A stretch of DNA of 64,000 bases from Octopus sinensis (GCF_006345805.1 NC_043021.1:13702001-13766000), one strand, 5' to 3'. Positions 49,088 to 62,269 are shown, counted from the stretch's first letter. Notes: generated by a model not told the origin, from the letters alone. Program-made: numbers and translations.

Positions 49088-49964
49088 TATGTGCTTTATA
49101 ATATAGGACAGGGTAACTGTACTTTGAAAGGTCAAAGGTGAAAAATGCAAAATAAAGAGTATCAGAGTTGTTGCTATGTTAAAGAGTACATTATTCTTAA
49201 TGTCACCTTCTTGTCTATGCCCCTCCCCCCCACCTAACAATTATCTTGGCTTTGTAATAATGACAATAACCATTAGATAAGACGATAAACCTATTATCTC
49301 ATTAACTGAATTAATTTAATTGTCTGAAAGTCTTCACCCCACCCCCCGTTGATGTTGTTGCTGTTGTTGTAGTTATTATTATTATTATCATTATTATTAT
49401 TATTGGTCATGCTTCATTTGGTTTGGCTAATTTAGGTGGATCTCAAGTGTAGAAGAAACGAAGCGAATTACTTCATTTTTAATTAGAGAGTTAGTCTAGG
49501 GAAAATGGTGTTGGGGGTCACACTCATGACCTTCGCAGGCCATCACATGATTGGTCAGATTTGAACATGGGTGATGGTCATATGAAAGGGTTTATCATCA
49601 TTGTCATCCTCATCATCATCATCATCAGCGAGAGAAACCCTTAGGTAGAAAGAGTGAGGGAATTGCTGCAGGCTTGACCAATTAGAAGGAGAAAGTGCAA
49701 GCTTGTATTGTCATTGGTTAACTCTGAATAGCAGTGACTTTTATAGTGTTTACAATGACTTTTCCACTAATATTTACCGTAATTTCTACAATGATGTTTT
49801 CACTGGTTTTTACAATGACAACTTGAAAACGTTTTTCTTTTTTGTTTAGTTCAGTAATTTTTCCAGTGACTTTTACAATGAATTTTTGGGAAGTCTTTTA
49901 GGATGATATTTACATTGACTTTTATGCTGACTTTAACAGTGATTCGTTTTTTTTTCATGATGGT

Positions 49965-50470
49965 TATGGTAAATTGTATAGCTGCTTTGGTGATTTTTAT
50001 GGTAGCTTATATGTATGTTTAGTGAGGTGTAGTGTGGAAGTGTCTGTGTCTGTAGGTTTAGCAGGGTGAGATGTGGAAGCACTTGTTAGTGTTTGTTTAG
50101 TGAGGGGGTAATGTGGAAGTTTGTATGTTTAGTGAGATGCAGTGTGGAAAATTCTGGTTAGCAATGTAGTATGGAATTTTTTGTGTGTGTGTGTGTTTAG
50201 TGAGGTGTAGGGTGGAAGTTTCTATGTGTGTAGGTTTAGTAGGGTGGAATGCGAAAGCACTTGCTAGTGTTTGTATAGTGAGGGTGTAGTGTGGAAGTTT
50301 GTATGTTTAGCAATGTAGTGTGGAAATTTGTGTGTGTGTTTAGTGAGGTGTAGGGTGGAAGTTTGTGTGTATGTAGGTTTAGTGCTGTGTGGAAATTTGT
50401 GCATTTAGTGAGGTATAGTGTGGAAATTTGTAAGTTTGTATGTGAGTGTGTATTTAGTGAGGTGTTGTGT
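49965..50470. repeat. Degenerate ~35-bp GT-rich minisatellite (TTTAGTGAGGTGTAGTGTGGAAGTTTG...)
   Basis: Directly visible. Confidence 0.85.
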
Positions 50471-51085
50471 GTTACCCTTGCTTTCCCATCATGAGAAATC
50501 CTCAACAGTTCCTAGTCCTTAGGGAGTCAGTATGCAGCATACTACCACCACTTCTCTCTTCTTCTTCCCTCTCTGTCTCGCTGTTTCCACCCCACAAATC
50601 TGATGTTACTCATCTTTCCATTACTCCTCATCATTTTTCTCAGCTTGCACCTCTCCCCCCCATGACAAACAAACCCTGTAATAAACACTCTTTTGTTACC
50701 TTTTTTATCTTTCACTTGTTTCAGTCATTGGACTGTGGTCATGCTGGAGCATCGCCTTTAAAGATTTAATTGAACAAATCAACCCCAGTAGTTATATTTT
50801 TTTTTCAAGTCTAGTACCTATTCTATTGGTCTCTTTTGCCAAACTGCTGTGTTACAGGGATGTAAACAAACCAATGCTAGTTGTTAGACAACACCAATTG
50901 TTAGAGGGCAAACACAAGAGAAACACAAAGACATGCACAGACACTTAGCACACACACCCACACACTCTTCCTCATAGTTTGCATCTACCAAATTCATTCA
51001 CAAGGCATTGGTTGGCCCCAAGGCTATACAAACTGCACAATGGGACTGAACTTGAAACCACATGGTTGCAAAGCAAATTTCACAA

Positions 51086-51124
<39 letters not shown>

Positions 51125-53044
51125 AAACTTCCTTACAGTTTCCATCTACCGAATTCACTGACAAGGATCTGGGGTCATAGTAGAAAACAGTTTCCCATGG
51201 TATGTGCCATAGGACTGAACCTGAAACCAGATTGCTGCCAATGAACCTTCTTAACCTCACAGCCATGCCTGCATTGTCTCCTCATCTTTCATCCTCCAAA
51301 ACATCCTCCTTCACCATCTTTCCATTTTGGAAAGTACCAGGCACATATTTGAATGCGCAAGCATGGGTGAAAGGGTCTGTAGAGGTTAAGAGCTGTGGCC
51401 TTCCTGTCCTTTATCTTTCTCGTTGGACTTAATAGTTAATAACAAAGAAAGCAATCTGGAACAGCCCTCCTTGCCTCCGCATCCTGCCTACATCTCATTC
51501 CACCCACATAATCTGTCAATCATCAACCGTATCTCATCAGATATCATCTCTGTTGCTGGATCAGGAAGACTAAAAAGTGAATGGAAAATAAGTGTGTGGG
51601 TGTGTATGTAGATAGACACATAGAGAGAGAGAGAGACACACACACACACACACACACACACACATTACTAATATACTCAGACATATAAGACACACACACA
51701 CATATGCATGTACAGACAGACAGACAGACAGATAGACAGACAGACACACACACACACACACATGTATTGCTAATATACTCTGACACGTAAGATACACACG
51801 CATATGTGTATACAGACACAGACACAAAGTGGCGCACATACAAATACACACACATACAAATGCATACACATACAGATGCAGAGGCATACACATTCAGACA
51901 CACACACACACACTCACTCACTCAGACAAACACTCACTCATACACACATCCACACACCCACTGACACACACACACACATGCACTGAGTGAGATACATTGA
52001 CATACACACACAGACATACAGGTTCATAAGATACACAAGAGCCACTTATTACTGTTCCTCTCTTTCACTCTCTCTCTCTGTCTGTCTCTCTCCAAGCAGC
52101 TCCGTTTCTCTACAACAACCATCATCAAATGCCATTCTTCACATATCTACATACAAACTCCTCTCCCCACCTCTACAACATCCACTTAACATTCCCCCCC
52201 TCTCTATCTCTCTCACACACACACACACACACACGTTTCCTCCTCCCACCACCTGTTAATGTCTCTTTAGTCATGTGACATCTGTCCTCATATTGTCCTT
52301 ATCTGTGACATTGGTGGGTTTCACAGGTTTTTGCTTTTTCGTGATTTTCTTCTAGTTGTAAAACCCCCAGGTGTTGTTGTTGTTGTATTGGTTCTTATTG
52401 CCGTGGTGATGGTGGTTGTGATGGTAGTTGCGGTGTTGGTTGTGATGGTGGTTGATAGTGGTTGTTGTGGTGTTGCTTGTGGTAGTGGTTGTTGAGGTGA
52501 TGGTGATTGTAATGATGGTTATTGTGGTGATGATGATGGTGGATGTTGTTGTTGTTGTAGTAGTAGTTGTGGTGTGGTTGTTGCATATCACTCTCATTGA
52601 TTATTGAGAACCACATACATTTGGGAGAGTAACAGGAGGAGAGGAAGCCAGCTTTGAGTGTCAAGAAAGGAGAGCAAACTAGATGTGGTGAGAGAGGAAG
52701 CAAGTTTGGAATGGCAAAAGTTGAGCAAACTTGAAGTGGTATAAGAGAGAGTAAATTTGGAATGGCATGAAGGAGAGCAAGCTGGAACAGAGAAGGAGAG
52801 CCAGGCTGGAATGGTGAGAAGGAGAGAGGTAAATGGGAGAGTTTCTTCTAGAAATCTAGCTGTAAGCTATGGTGTTTTGTAATGTCATAATGGTTGTGGT
52901 TGGTGTCATTATTGTGGTTGCAGCATATATCTAGTTGAACTGGTATAGTGGCAGTAAATTTTTCTCATCTCTGAGAGAATCTGGCTGCAGTGATGGCTTG
53001 TGTTGGTCAGCCACATGCTGTATAGTCAAGATGGATGAGGAAAT

Positions 53045-53469
53045 TTAAGGTGGCAAGTTGGCAGAAACGTTAGCACGCCAGGCAAAATGCTTAGTGGTAT
53101 TTTGTCTGCCGTTACGTTCTGAGTTCAAATTCCGCTGAGGTTGACTTTGCCTTTCATCCTTTCGGGGTTGATAAATTAAGTACCAGTTACACACTGGGGT
53201 CAATGTAATCGACTTAATCCGTGTGTCTGTCCTTGTTTGTCCTCTCAGTGTTTAGCCCCTTGCAGGTAGTAAAGAAATAGCTATTTTGTCTGCCTCTACG
53301 TTCTGAGTACAAATTCCACTGAGGTCGACTTTGCCTTTCATGCTTTTGGGGTTGATTAAATAAGTACCAGTTACACACTGGGGTCGATATAATCGATTTA
53401 ATCCATTTGTCTGTCCTTGTTTGTCCCCTCTGTGTGTAGCCCCTTGTGGGCAGTAAAGAAATAAGAAAT
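53045..53469 (+). mobile_element. SINE family C with duplicated 3' half and 17-bp TSD
   Basis: AAGATGGATGAGGAAAT at 53028-53044 and 53470-53486. Tail AAGAAATAAGAAAT. Confidence 0.88.
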
Positions 53470-54130
53470 AAGATGGATGAGGAAATAACTTTCCGAGATG
53501 GAAACTGAGAGGACACTGCTCAGAGGAGTGGTCAGGAAAACCTGAGTAGATACCAAGAAATAGTGGAAGCAACAATGCACTGCAACAGCACATGCCTCCC
53601 CACCCATGTCTGACTTGACTTGTGGTTTTGTAGTGAGATAAAAGTGATATAAGTAGTATAAAAGTATAGAGGTGGAAAGAAGTGATATAAATGGGATAAA
53701 AGTGATATACATGGGGGAAGCCTGCCATCTGGTGAAGGAAGTATGCCGCCCAGTGGTGGAAACTTGCCACCTGATGGAGGAAGCTTGCAGCTTGGTGGAG
53801 AAAGCTGTAGGATGCCTGCTACCCAAAGTGCTGAGCCGTGCTGGGGGATTCTAATAACTACTGCAAGAAACTGTAGCAGAGTGCCACATTCTTCGTCTGA
53901 CTGATCAGTGGTACTTGGGAAACATCCATGACTTGTGCACCACTTATTGGCAGACATGAAAGGAGGCAGGTTGAAGGTCACTTGGCAGTGGACATTTCAA
54001 GATGGGCTGAAGACACTGTGTGGAATGGGTGGAGGAAACCTGAGGAAGGAAGCTTGCCAACATATTTATTTATTGTCAGTAGTGTAGTTTTAGTATTAGT
54101 GCTTCGTCTATATCATAATAATAATAATAC

Positions 54131-54955
54131 ATCAGATGTGGTGTGCAAGAGAGATGATTGCGCTAGTATGGTTATGCGTTATGAATGGATGGGGATGGCT
54201 GTGAAAAAATGTCACACCCTAGCAGTTGAGGGAACCTGTGGAAGAGGAGACTCAGGAAGACCTGGGATGAGGTGGTGAAGCACGACCTTTGAATATTGGG
54301 CCTCACCGAGCCAATGACAAGTGACCGAGACCTTTGGAGATATGCTGTGCTTGAGAAGACCCAGGAAACCAAGTGAGACCATAACCGTGGCCTATGCAAG
54401 GGCTGTATAACCAGCCAATTTAAGAGTACCCTTCAGTCATTGGGCAATAAATTACACTTGTGAAGACCTGTTGAGACAAGTTAAATCATTGTCGTGGCAG
54501 ATGACAGTAGAATGTTAAAAGCACCATTCGAGCATGATCGTTGCCAGGGCTGCTGACTGGCTCCCATGCTGGTGGCATGTAAAAGGCACCATTCAAGCAT
54601 GATTGTTGCCAGCATCGCCTGACTGGCTCCTGTGCCAGTGGCATATAAAAAACACCATTTGAGCTTGGTTGTTGCCAGTGCTGCCAGACTTGCTCCTGTA
54701 CAGGTGGCATGTAAAAAGCACCATTTGAGTGTGGCCTATGCCAGTACTGCCTGACTGGCCCTTGTGCCAGTGGCACGTAAAAGCACCCACTACACTCTCG
54801 GAGTGGTTGGTGTTAGGAAGGGCATCCAGCCGTAGAAACTTTGCCAGATCAGACTGGAGCCTAATGCAGCCTTCCGGCTCGCCAGCCCTCAGTGAAACTG
54901 TCCAACCCATGCCAGCATGAAGAGCATATGTTAAATGATGACGACGATGATGATG
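54131..54955 (+). mobile_element. RTE LINE 3' end (ORF C-terminus, internal repeats, tail)
   Basis: ...KKCHTLAVEGTCGRG(R)P.KTWDEVVK..DRDLWRYAV then repeats and GGAAGGGCATCCAGCCG tail, (GAT)n. Confidence 0.85.
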
Positions 54956-55868
54956 AATCCTTTCTACTAAAAGCACAAGGCTTGACATTTGGAGTGGGTA
55001 TTTGATTACATTGACCCCAGGACTTATTTTGTTTAAGCCTGGTACTTATTCTATCAGTCTCTTTTTCTGAATCACTTAAACTGCAGGAATGTAAACATCA
55101 AGTGGTGGTGGGGGACAAACGCAAACATATATATATACATATATATATAGAGAGAGAGAAAAAAAGAGAGAGAGAGAGATGACAAGCTTCTTTCAGTTTC
55201 CATCTGCCAAATCCATTCACAAGGCTTTGGTTGGCTTGAGGCTATAGTAGAAGACACTTGCCCAAGGTGCCATGCAGTGAGACTGAATCTGGAACCATGT
55301 GCTTAGGAAGCAAAACTTCTTATGAGACAGCCACGCCTGAACCTATATATATATATAGAGAGAGAGAGAGTATGTGTCAGTGAGGTAGCAACAAGATGTA
55401 TGGGAGGTGGGTGCGATGACGGAGGTTGATCAGAGGAGTATGAAATAAACAGTCAATATGATTTATAGAAGTTAGATAAACTCACAATTTCCGACATATT
55501 GTAACGGTCACATTGGACGAGTATCGATGGTGTAACTAGTGAGAGAGAGAGAGAGAGAGAGTTTTTGCTGTGTAGTTAGTAGAAGTGTAGGTGATCAGAG
55601 GAGGGTGTGTACGGTATGGTACGGTATGGCGAAAACATCGATATGATTTATAGGAGTTAGATATACTGACAATTTCCGACATATTCACTGCATGACAATT
55701 ATCTCGGAACACAATTGCTGTCATTGCTACAAGTTATTTGCTCTTCCTTCTCCTCCTATACTTACTACTACTACTACTACTACTACTACTCTGTATTGTT
55801 TTCTGTTAATCTAACCCACACACCATTCTTTTTCTTTCTCTCTCTATAAATCATATCGATGGTGTAAC

Positions 55869-55899
<31 letters not shown>

Positions 55900-56243
55900 C
55901 AATCTTTCTTTGAGCAATCTCTATATGAAGTTCTTGTTAGTCTAAAACTCTTCTGGCCTTCTCTTGTTCTCTCCCTCCCTCACTCCCTCACTCCCTCCTC
56001 TCCATATCTCTTGTCTTTGCTCCACATCTCTTGCTCTCTCTCTCTCTCTCTCTCTTCATTACTGTCTCTCTCTTTCTCCTTCCCTCTCTCTCTTCACCAT
56101 CCTTCTCTCTCACTCTCTCTTGTAGATGTGCATTCATTGTTTCTCATTTTCTGTCTATATCTCCTTCTCTCTCTTTCTCTTCCACACTTTCACCTTCTGG
56201 TTAGAGAAGCACACAAACATACACACACACACACACACACATG

Positions 56244-56297
<54 letters not shown>

Positions 56298-56311
56298 CAT
56301 TTATGCATATA

Positions 56312-56500
56312 TGAGGGGTTGATGAAAAGCCTGGTTGGAGGCCCAACTTTTCGAGTTCTTTTACAGGGCTTAGGAAAACTGAAGGACCACTACAGTAAGT
56401 GTGTGAATCTGAGAGGGGAACCTATTGGATAAAATTATAATGAACTGACCCTCCTGTATTTCCTTTTACCCAAAGCCAGGAACTTTCCAGCACCCCCTCA
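56312..56500. mobile_element. mariner-type MITE (deleted copy of the 21264 family)
   Basis: Right TIR CCAGGAACTTTCCAGCACCCCCTCA. Shared internal sequence. Confidence 0.75.
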
Positions 56501-57247
56501 TGTGTGTCTGTGTATGTGCGCGCACACACACATGCGCACTACCCCTTCATGTACCATTAACTCATTTCTCCTCCCACTTCCTTTGTACTTTCCTGTCCCA
56601 CACAAGAAAAAAGTGAGAGAGAGAGAGAAAGCCATCCATCCGGCCATCCATTCATTCCTGCAGCCATCCATCAATCAATTAATGTAATGATGTCCAGCCC
56701 CCCCCCCCCCTTTCCGATAAAAAAACACAAACAATAACAGCAGCAAAAACAGGCTGCTGCTGATCACCTTTAAGGCCTGTGTTGTTACTTGAGTGTCCAG
56801 CCGGTCATTGTTATAATAATGTAGTAGCAGTGATGATAGTGTAGAGGCGGTGGTGGAGGTAGATGTTGGGGTTTACAGAGAGGATGGGACAGTGGCGAGT
56901 ATGGGGAGAGCAGGGGTTGCCAGCAGATTATCATGATGGTAGTAGCAGTGATGGTGATAGAGATTATGATGCTAATGATGGTGGTGGTGATGGTGGTGAT
57001 GGTGAGGTGTGTGAGGGGAGGGAGTAAGGGGTGTTGGGTCATAGGGATTATGGTGATGGTGATGGTGATAAAAGTAGGTGATATGGGTTACTGTAATGTT
57101 GATAGTGGTGATGGTGAGTACGATGCTGGCTGAAAGTTGTGCTGATGAGGATGTTGATAAAGATGATGGTCTTTTATTTTTCTGTCTTTTATTTGTTTCA
57201 GTCATTGGAGTGTGGCCATGCTGGGGCCAACACCTTGAATTGACCAC

Positions 57248-57415
57248 ATGATAAAATTAGCATACCACGAAGTTAGCATATCATAAAGTTAGCACGTCAT
57301 AAACTTATCACTTCATAAAATTAGCACATCATAAAGTTGGCAAATCAAAAAATTAGTTTGTCATAAAGTTATTATATCATTAAGTTAGCATGGCATCTCA
57401 AAGTTAGTGAATAAT
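57248..57415. repeat. ~17-bp tandem array (ATAAAGTTAGCATATC), resuming at ~57830-57960
   Basis: Directly visible on both sides of the LINE fragment. Confidence 0.82.
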
Positions 57416-57419
57416 AAAA

Positions 57420-57815
57420 TGAATGTATCATAGAGTTAACAAATACAATCATTCATCAACAGATGCTTGCGTAGTGTACTTAAAATTAGATGGCCCGACA
57501 CATAAGCAATATGGAGCTATGGCAAAGAACAAATGAAGTTTCGATTAGGGAGCAAATATTTAAGAAAAACTGAAAGTGGATTGGTAGCACAATTAGAAAA
57601 GGAACACCAACTGTAGCGAAAAGTGCTTTACAGTGGAAACTGGATGGATATAGAAGGAGAGGTAGGCCTTAGAATTCGTGGCGTAGGTCAACACAAAAGG
57701 AACGAGAGAAAGGGGGATATTCATGGCAGAGTATAAGTACAGAAGTGAAAAATTATGCAAGATGGAATTCAACTATAAGTGGCCTATACTCCGCGTTGGA
57801 GGGCTAAAGGTAGGA
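57420..57815 (+). mobile_element. Degenerate LINE RT C-terminal fragment (different family from the RTE above)
   Basis: With one frameshift: FINRCLRSVLKIRWPDT(I)SNMELWQRT...KWIG..IRK...ALQWKLDGYRRRGRP*NSWRRS. Confidence 0.78.
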
Positions 57816-58086
57816 CAAAAATCATAGAGTTAAGGAGTTATAAAGTTAGCATTTTATAAAGTTGACACATTCTGCATTTAGTCCATTATAAAGATAGTAT
57901 TTCAAAGTTAATACTTCAAGAGAGTATTACTCATAAAGTTGACACATCTTAAATTTAGCATGTTGATTAAAGATGATGGGCTCTGTTCCTTACTCACCAA
58001 TAAGAGTAGAAAGTGATTATTCTGTCATATGTTAAGATGTGTGTGTTGCAATTTGATGATGAAGAATTTTGTCGAATGTTGTTTTG

Positions 58087-58127
58087 TGCTAAAAATTTGT
58101 TTTTTTTTCTCCTATTTTTAGGTAAGT
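58087..58127 (+). promoter_or_regulatory. Candidate recursive splice site (3'ss directly abutting 5'ss)
   Basis: TGCTAAA branch-like motif, TTTGTTTTTTTTTCTCCTATTTTTAG (AG 58120-58121) immediately followed by GTAAGT (58122-58127). No other AG for ~55 nt upstream. Confidence 0.5.
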
Positions 58128-60944
58128 GTGTGTTTGGATTTCTTGCGAAAACTACTCGGGTGGCACAGCTGGAGATGGTTCTCACCGCCTGTCTTGTTGT
58201 GGAACAAAGCGGATGCCAAAAAAAAAAAAAAAGAAGTAACTAAGATGGTTTTTGGCTGTGGTTTTAGCTTCCTTCATTTCAAGTAACTTTTGTTTCTATT
58301 TTGTTGTTATCAATGTGATCAGTAGTGTCATTATTATCATCAGTCAATATGACCATGAACACCAGTCATCATTCATGATCATGAACACCAGTCATCATTC
58401 ATGATTGTCCAGTGTCTTCATCACCGTCCTGTGTCTTTGTTGTCCACTGTTAGCCTGACTCAGGGCATTCATCATTATTCCATATCATCATCATCATCAT
58501 AATAATCATTATTATTGTTTGTCACTTGAGTCATAAAACATACCAGTAATATACTGTGATACAAATTTGTGTTTTAAAGCAAAAAAAAAAAGTGAATAAT
58601 GTTTTGCAGTGTCTCTGTTGTTACTGTTTAAAAATATCGACCAAAATAGGAGGCCAGAAGATGGGGAATGGGGAAAAATAAAATTTCAATCCCTGCATGC
58701 AAAGCTAAATTTAACCCTAACCCCATTAGACACTGATCTCTTCTGTGCTGAAGGGGTGGTGGTGGTGGTGAATCTGAATGATTAGTGGAATTACACACAC
58801 ACACACACACACACATAGAAATACACATACACATATCTTCATGTATATATATATATCTGTGTGTATGTGTATATATGTGTATATATGTGTGTGTATATGT
58901 GCATGTGTGTGTGTATAGATGTGTATGTGTATGAATGTATGTCTATATGTGTGTATGTATATATGAGTATATATATGTGTGTATATATATATTATATTAT
59001 ATATACAAGTGTAATTATATTCCTTTTTTCAGAGCCTGCTTCCCTCAGCAATATGTGCTTGTGTCCTTGAGCACACCATTTTGTGTGTGTATGTGTGTGT
59101 GTGTGTGTGTGTTGTTATTGTCCATAGATTTGTGCACAACTCCTTAATCCATTAAAGATTATCCATATTAAATCCCCCCTACTTTTTATAGAACTAAGAT
59201 AATACAATTGAAAGGTACTAACGTCTGTGGTTATAAGAATGATGATGGTGGTGGTGGCGATGATGACGGTGGTAGTGGTGGTGGTAATAGTTGTAGTAGG
59301 ATGGGTATAGACAGACAGACAGACAACTGGGAAAATAAACAAGGGATCCTCCTCATGGTCACACTGTCTATTAGAAACAATGTCTAAAACTTCCTCATTA
59401 CCCCACTGTACTATCTCAAAAGAAGAAAAAATAAAGACAGTCTCATTGGATAATGTAGTCCTCTCTACCTATCCTTCTCCTCCTTCAATGCATCAGCCTC
59501 TCCACCTCTATCACTTCCTCCCTCTCCTTCAAATGCTCTTCTTTACTCACCCTTATTCCCTCCAGTCTTCTCTCTTACTCTATTTCTCTTTCTCTCTCTC
59601 TCTCTCTCTCACTGTACCTTTCTCCAACTCAGTTCTTCATTGCCTTGTCTTTTCTCTATTCTCATTGTCTCTAAAAAGTCTCTCGCAACCTGTCTCTCTT
59701 CCCTTTTTTCTCTCCCCTCTGTTGACTTCTCTCTCTCTCTCACTCTCTTTTGACCTAACCCTCTCCTTTATCCCTTCTTTTTCTCTATCCCCAGCTTCCC
59801 CTCTACTCTAAACCTTATCCCTCTCTTCAACTTACCCTCTCTTTACTTTCAACCTTTGCTTCTCTCTCTCACCCCTCTGTTGACTTCTCTCTCTCTCTTT
59901 CTCTCTGTTGACTTCTCTCTCTCTCTCTCCTCTGTTGACTTCTCTCTCTTTCATTCCTTCTCTTTTTACTGTCTCGCTCTCACTCTCTTTTGGCCTAACC
60001 CTCTCCTTTATCCCCTCTTTTTCTCTATCCTCAGCTTTCTCTTTGCTCTAAACCTTCACCCTCTCTGACTTCAACTTTTCCTCTCTTTACTCTCAGCCTT
60101 CCCCCTCTCTCTTAACCCTTTCCTCTCTACCTCTTTGTCTTCCTAATTCTAGTACCTCTTCCCCCTGTACACACACTACATCATGTATAAGAGACAGGAT
60201 CTTCTTAAGCTTTGACCCAGTTAAGGTCTGTAGGTGGTGGTGGTACTTGCACTGGTGGTGTCTCTCTCCAGTGTAATACTCTACTCTTAAAAATCACAGA
60301 CTGTATTGACCCAACTGTTCAGATATTAGACACTTAGAGTTCAAATCCAGCTCCAGGCAGTCTATTTTGAAACTTCCAAGTTCATGACCAGTTTCAAGTA
60401 ACCTTCTTTGAATCTTCCACGTTTACGTATGGCTCCAGGCAGTCTATTTAGAAACTTCCTGGTCACGAGTATTGATTTCACATCCAGCTGCAGACTGTCT
60501 ACTTCTAAACTCCCAAGTGACTGACATCCCATCCAGTGTCAGATTTGCCTCTCATCTACTTTGAACCTAGGGTCGAGCAGCCAGACATCAGCTGCTCTGG
60601 GTTACGAGGGTCTCATGAGCGTTTTTCTACGGCTCTTGTGGTTAGTTCTTGAGGTTGTTTTAACCACTGCAGCAAGACCAGGCTGGAGCAGTAGTTTCAA
60701 AGTGGTTCATGAAAAGGATTTTTGTTTTGTTTTTAAAGACTTATTCATTGTTTACTACTTGTGCATTTTTCTAAGTATTTTGACTGAGTTTTAGCATATC
60801 TGAACATTGTATACAACAGGTTCATTATTTATAAGTGGGATCCACCTTTGTGTCATGTTTTCTATCTTCTTGCCCATCTTGTCAAACAGCAAATCCTGGG
60901 TCATTGACATCATTGAGTATCAAAACAGGATATCTGTGTAGTGT

Positions 60945-61290
60945 GTGAAAGCACATGGCTCAGTGATTAGAGCATCAGGCTCACAATCACAAGGTAGTGA
61001 GTTCAATTCTCAGACCAGGCTGTTGTGTTTGTGTTCTTGAACAAGACATTTTATTTCATGTTGCTCCAGTTCACTCAGCCGTAGAAATGCGATGTGACAT
61101 CACTGGTACCAAGCTGTATCAGCCTTTGCCTTTCCCTTGGATAACATCAGTGGCATGGAGAGGGAAGCTGGTATGCATGGGCAACTGCTGGTCTCCCATT
61201 AAAAAACTTGCTCAGACTAGTGCCTCGGAATGTAACTTTGTATGTGCAATCCCATGGTTATTCATGACCAAAGGGGCCTTTACCCTTTTA
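60945..61290 (+). mobile_element. SINE family B
   Basis: Homologous to the 19836 and 25025 copies. Confidence 0.8.
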
Positions 61291-61419
61291 GTGGCCTGTA
61301 TATCTATGCAATATCTCAAGTGTTTGTTGTGTTACAGTATCATGGAGCAGAAGGGCTACATTAGATAATGTAGTCCAGGAGTATCTAATCTTGGGTTCTT
61401 TCTGACCTCTAGGAACCTA

Positions 61420-61770
61420 TTCTTTTATTGTTTTACTTGTTTCAGTCATTTGACTGTGGCCATGCTGGAGCAGTGCCTTTAGTCGAGCAAATCGACCCTA
61501 GGACTTATTCTTTGTAAGCCTAGTACTTATTCTATCAGTCTCTTTTATCAAACCACTAAATTACGGGGATGTAAACACACCAACATCGGTTGTCAGACAA
61601 TGGTGGGAGGACAAACACAGACAAACACAGTTTCCATCTACCAAATCCACTCACAAGGCTTTGGTCGACCTGAGGCTATAGTAGAAGACACTTGCTCAAT
61701 GTGCCATGAAGTGGAACTTAACCTGGAACCATGTGGTTGGGAAGCAAGCTTCTTACCACACAGCCACCCC
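61420..61770 (-). mobile_element. SINE family A lacking the internal microsatellite
   Basis: Tail and head joined directly (GACAAACACAGACAAACACAGTTTCCATC). Confidence 0.8.
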
Positions 61771-61789
61771 TGATATGCCTCTCACTGCC

Positions 61790-62265
61790 CTTCTTCTTAA
61801 GAATCTCGGATGAGCTGCAGAAGAGAGAAGAGATGTCAGCAAATTGTCAGAAGCTACTGAGAAAGCAGGTCAATGCATCTGGCTCAAGAGAGAGACAGTG
61901 AATGATGCAGCAAGAATGAGCATTGATGATGGTAGGAGGATAGAAAGATCTGACTCATTGTCATGAAATCTGATTCAGCATAGTTCATGTTATTGTGTGA
62001 GAGTTTTGTTGCTTACATCAGTGGGTGCCCCAGGGGCAGTTTTGTTGTCACTTGTGGAAAGGGGTCAAAATGCCTGCAGAATTGCTTCACCACCTGATGA
62101 GGCATTGACCCTCTTGCATTCAAAGACAGAATAGAATACAGCAGAACTCTCACCACACAAACGTTTACCGTAAATGTAGATAAGGACTTGTATTTTCTCT
62201 CGTCTCTTCAAGAGTCTCAGATTAGCTGCAAAGAAGAGGAAAGATGTCAGAAAATTGTCAGAATC
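61790..62265 (+). mobile_element. Restriction-like-endonuclease non-LTR retrotransposon (HERO-like) C-terminal relic, partly duplicated
   Basis: LKNLG*AAEERRDVSKLSEATEKAGQCIWLKRE at ~61797-61895 and FKSLRLAAKKRKDVRKLSES at ~62205-62265. Resembles the recalled LS.AAE.AS.WLW.KR motif. Confidence 0.5.
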
Positions 62266-62269
62266 ATTA

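Noticed and set aside
49965-50470. Interstitial telomere-like repeat
   Set aside because: The unit is ~35 bp and does not contain TTAGGG arrays.
62062-62111. Hammerhead ribozyme at CTGATGA in the HERO-like relic
   Set aside because: The flanking pairings form a simple hairpin and do not place GAAA and stems in hammerhead topology.
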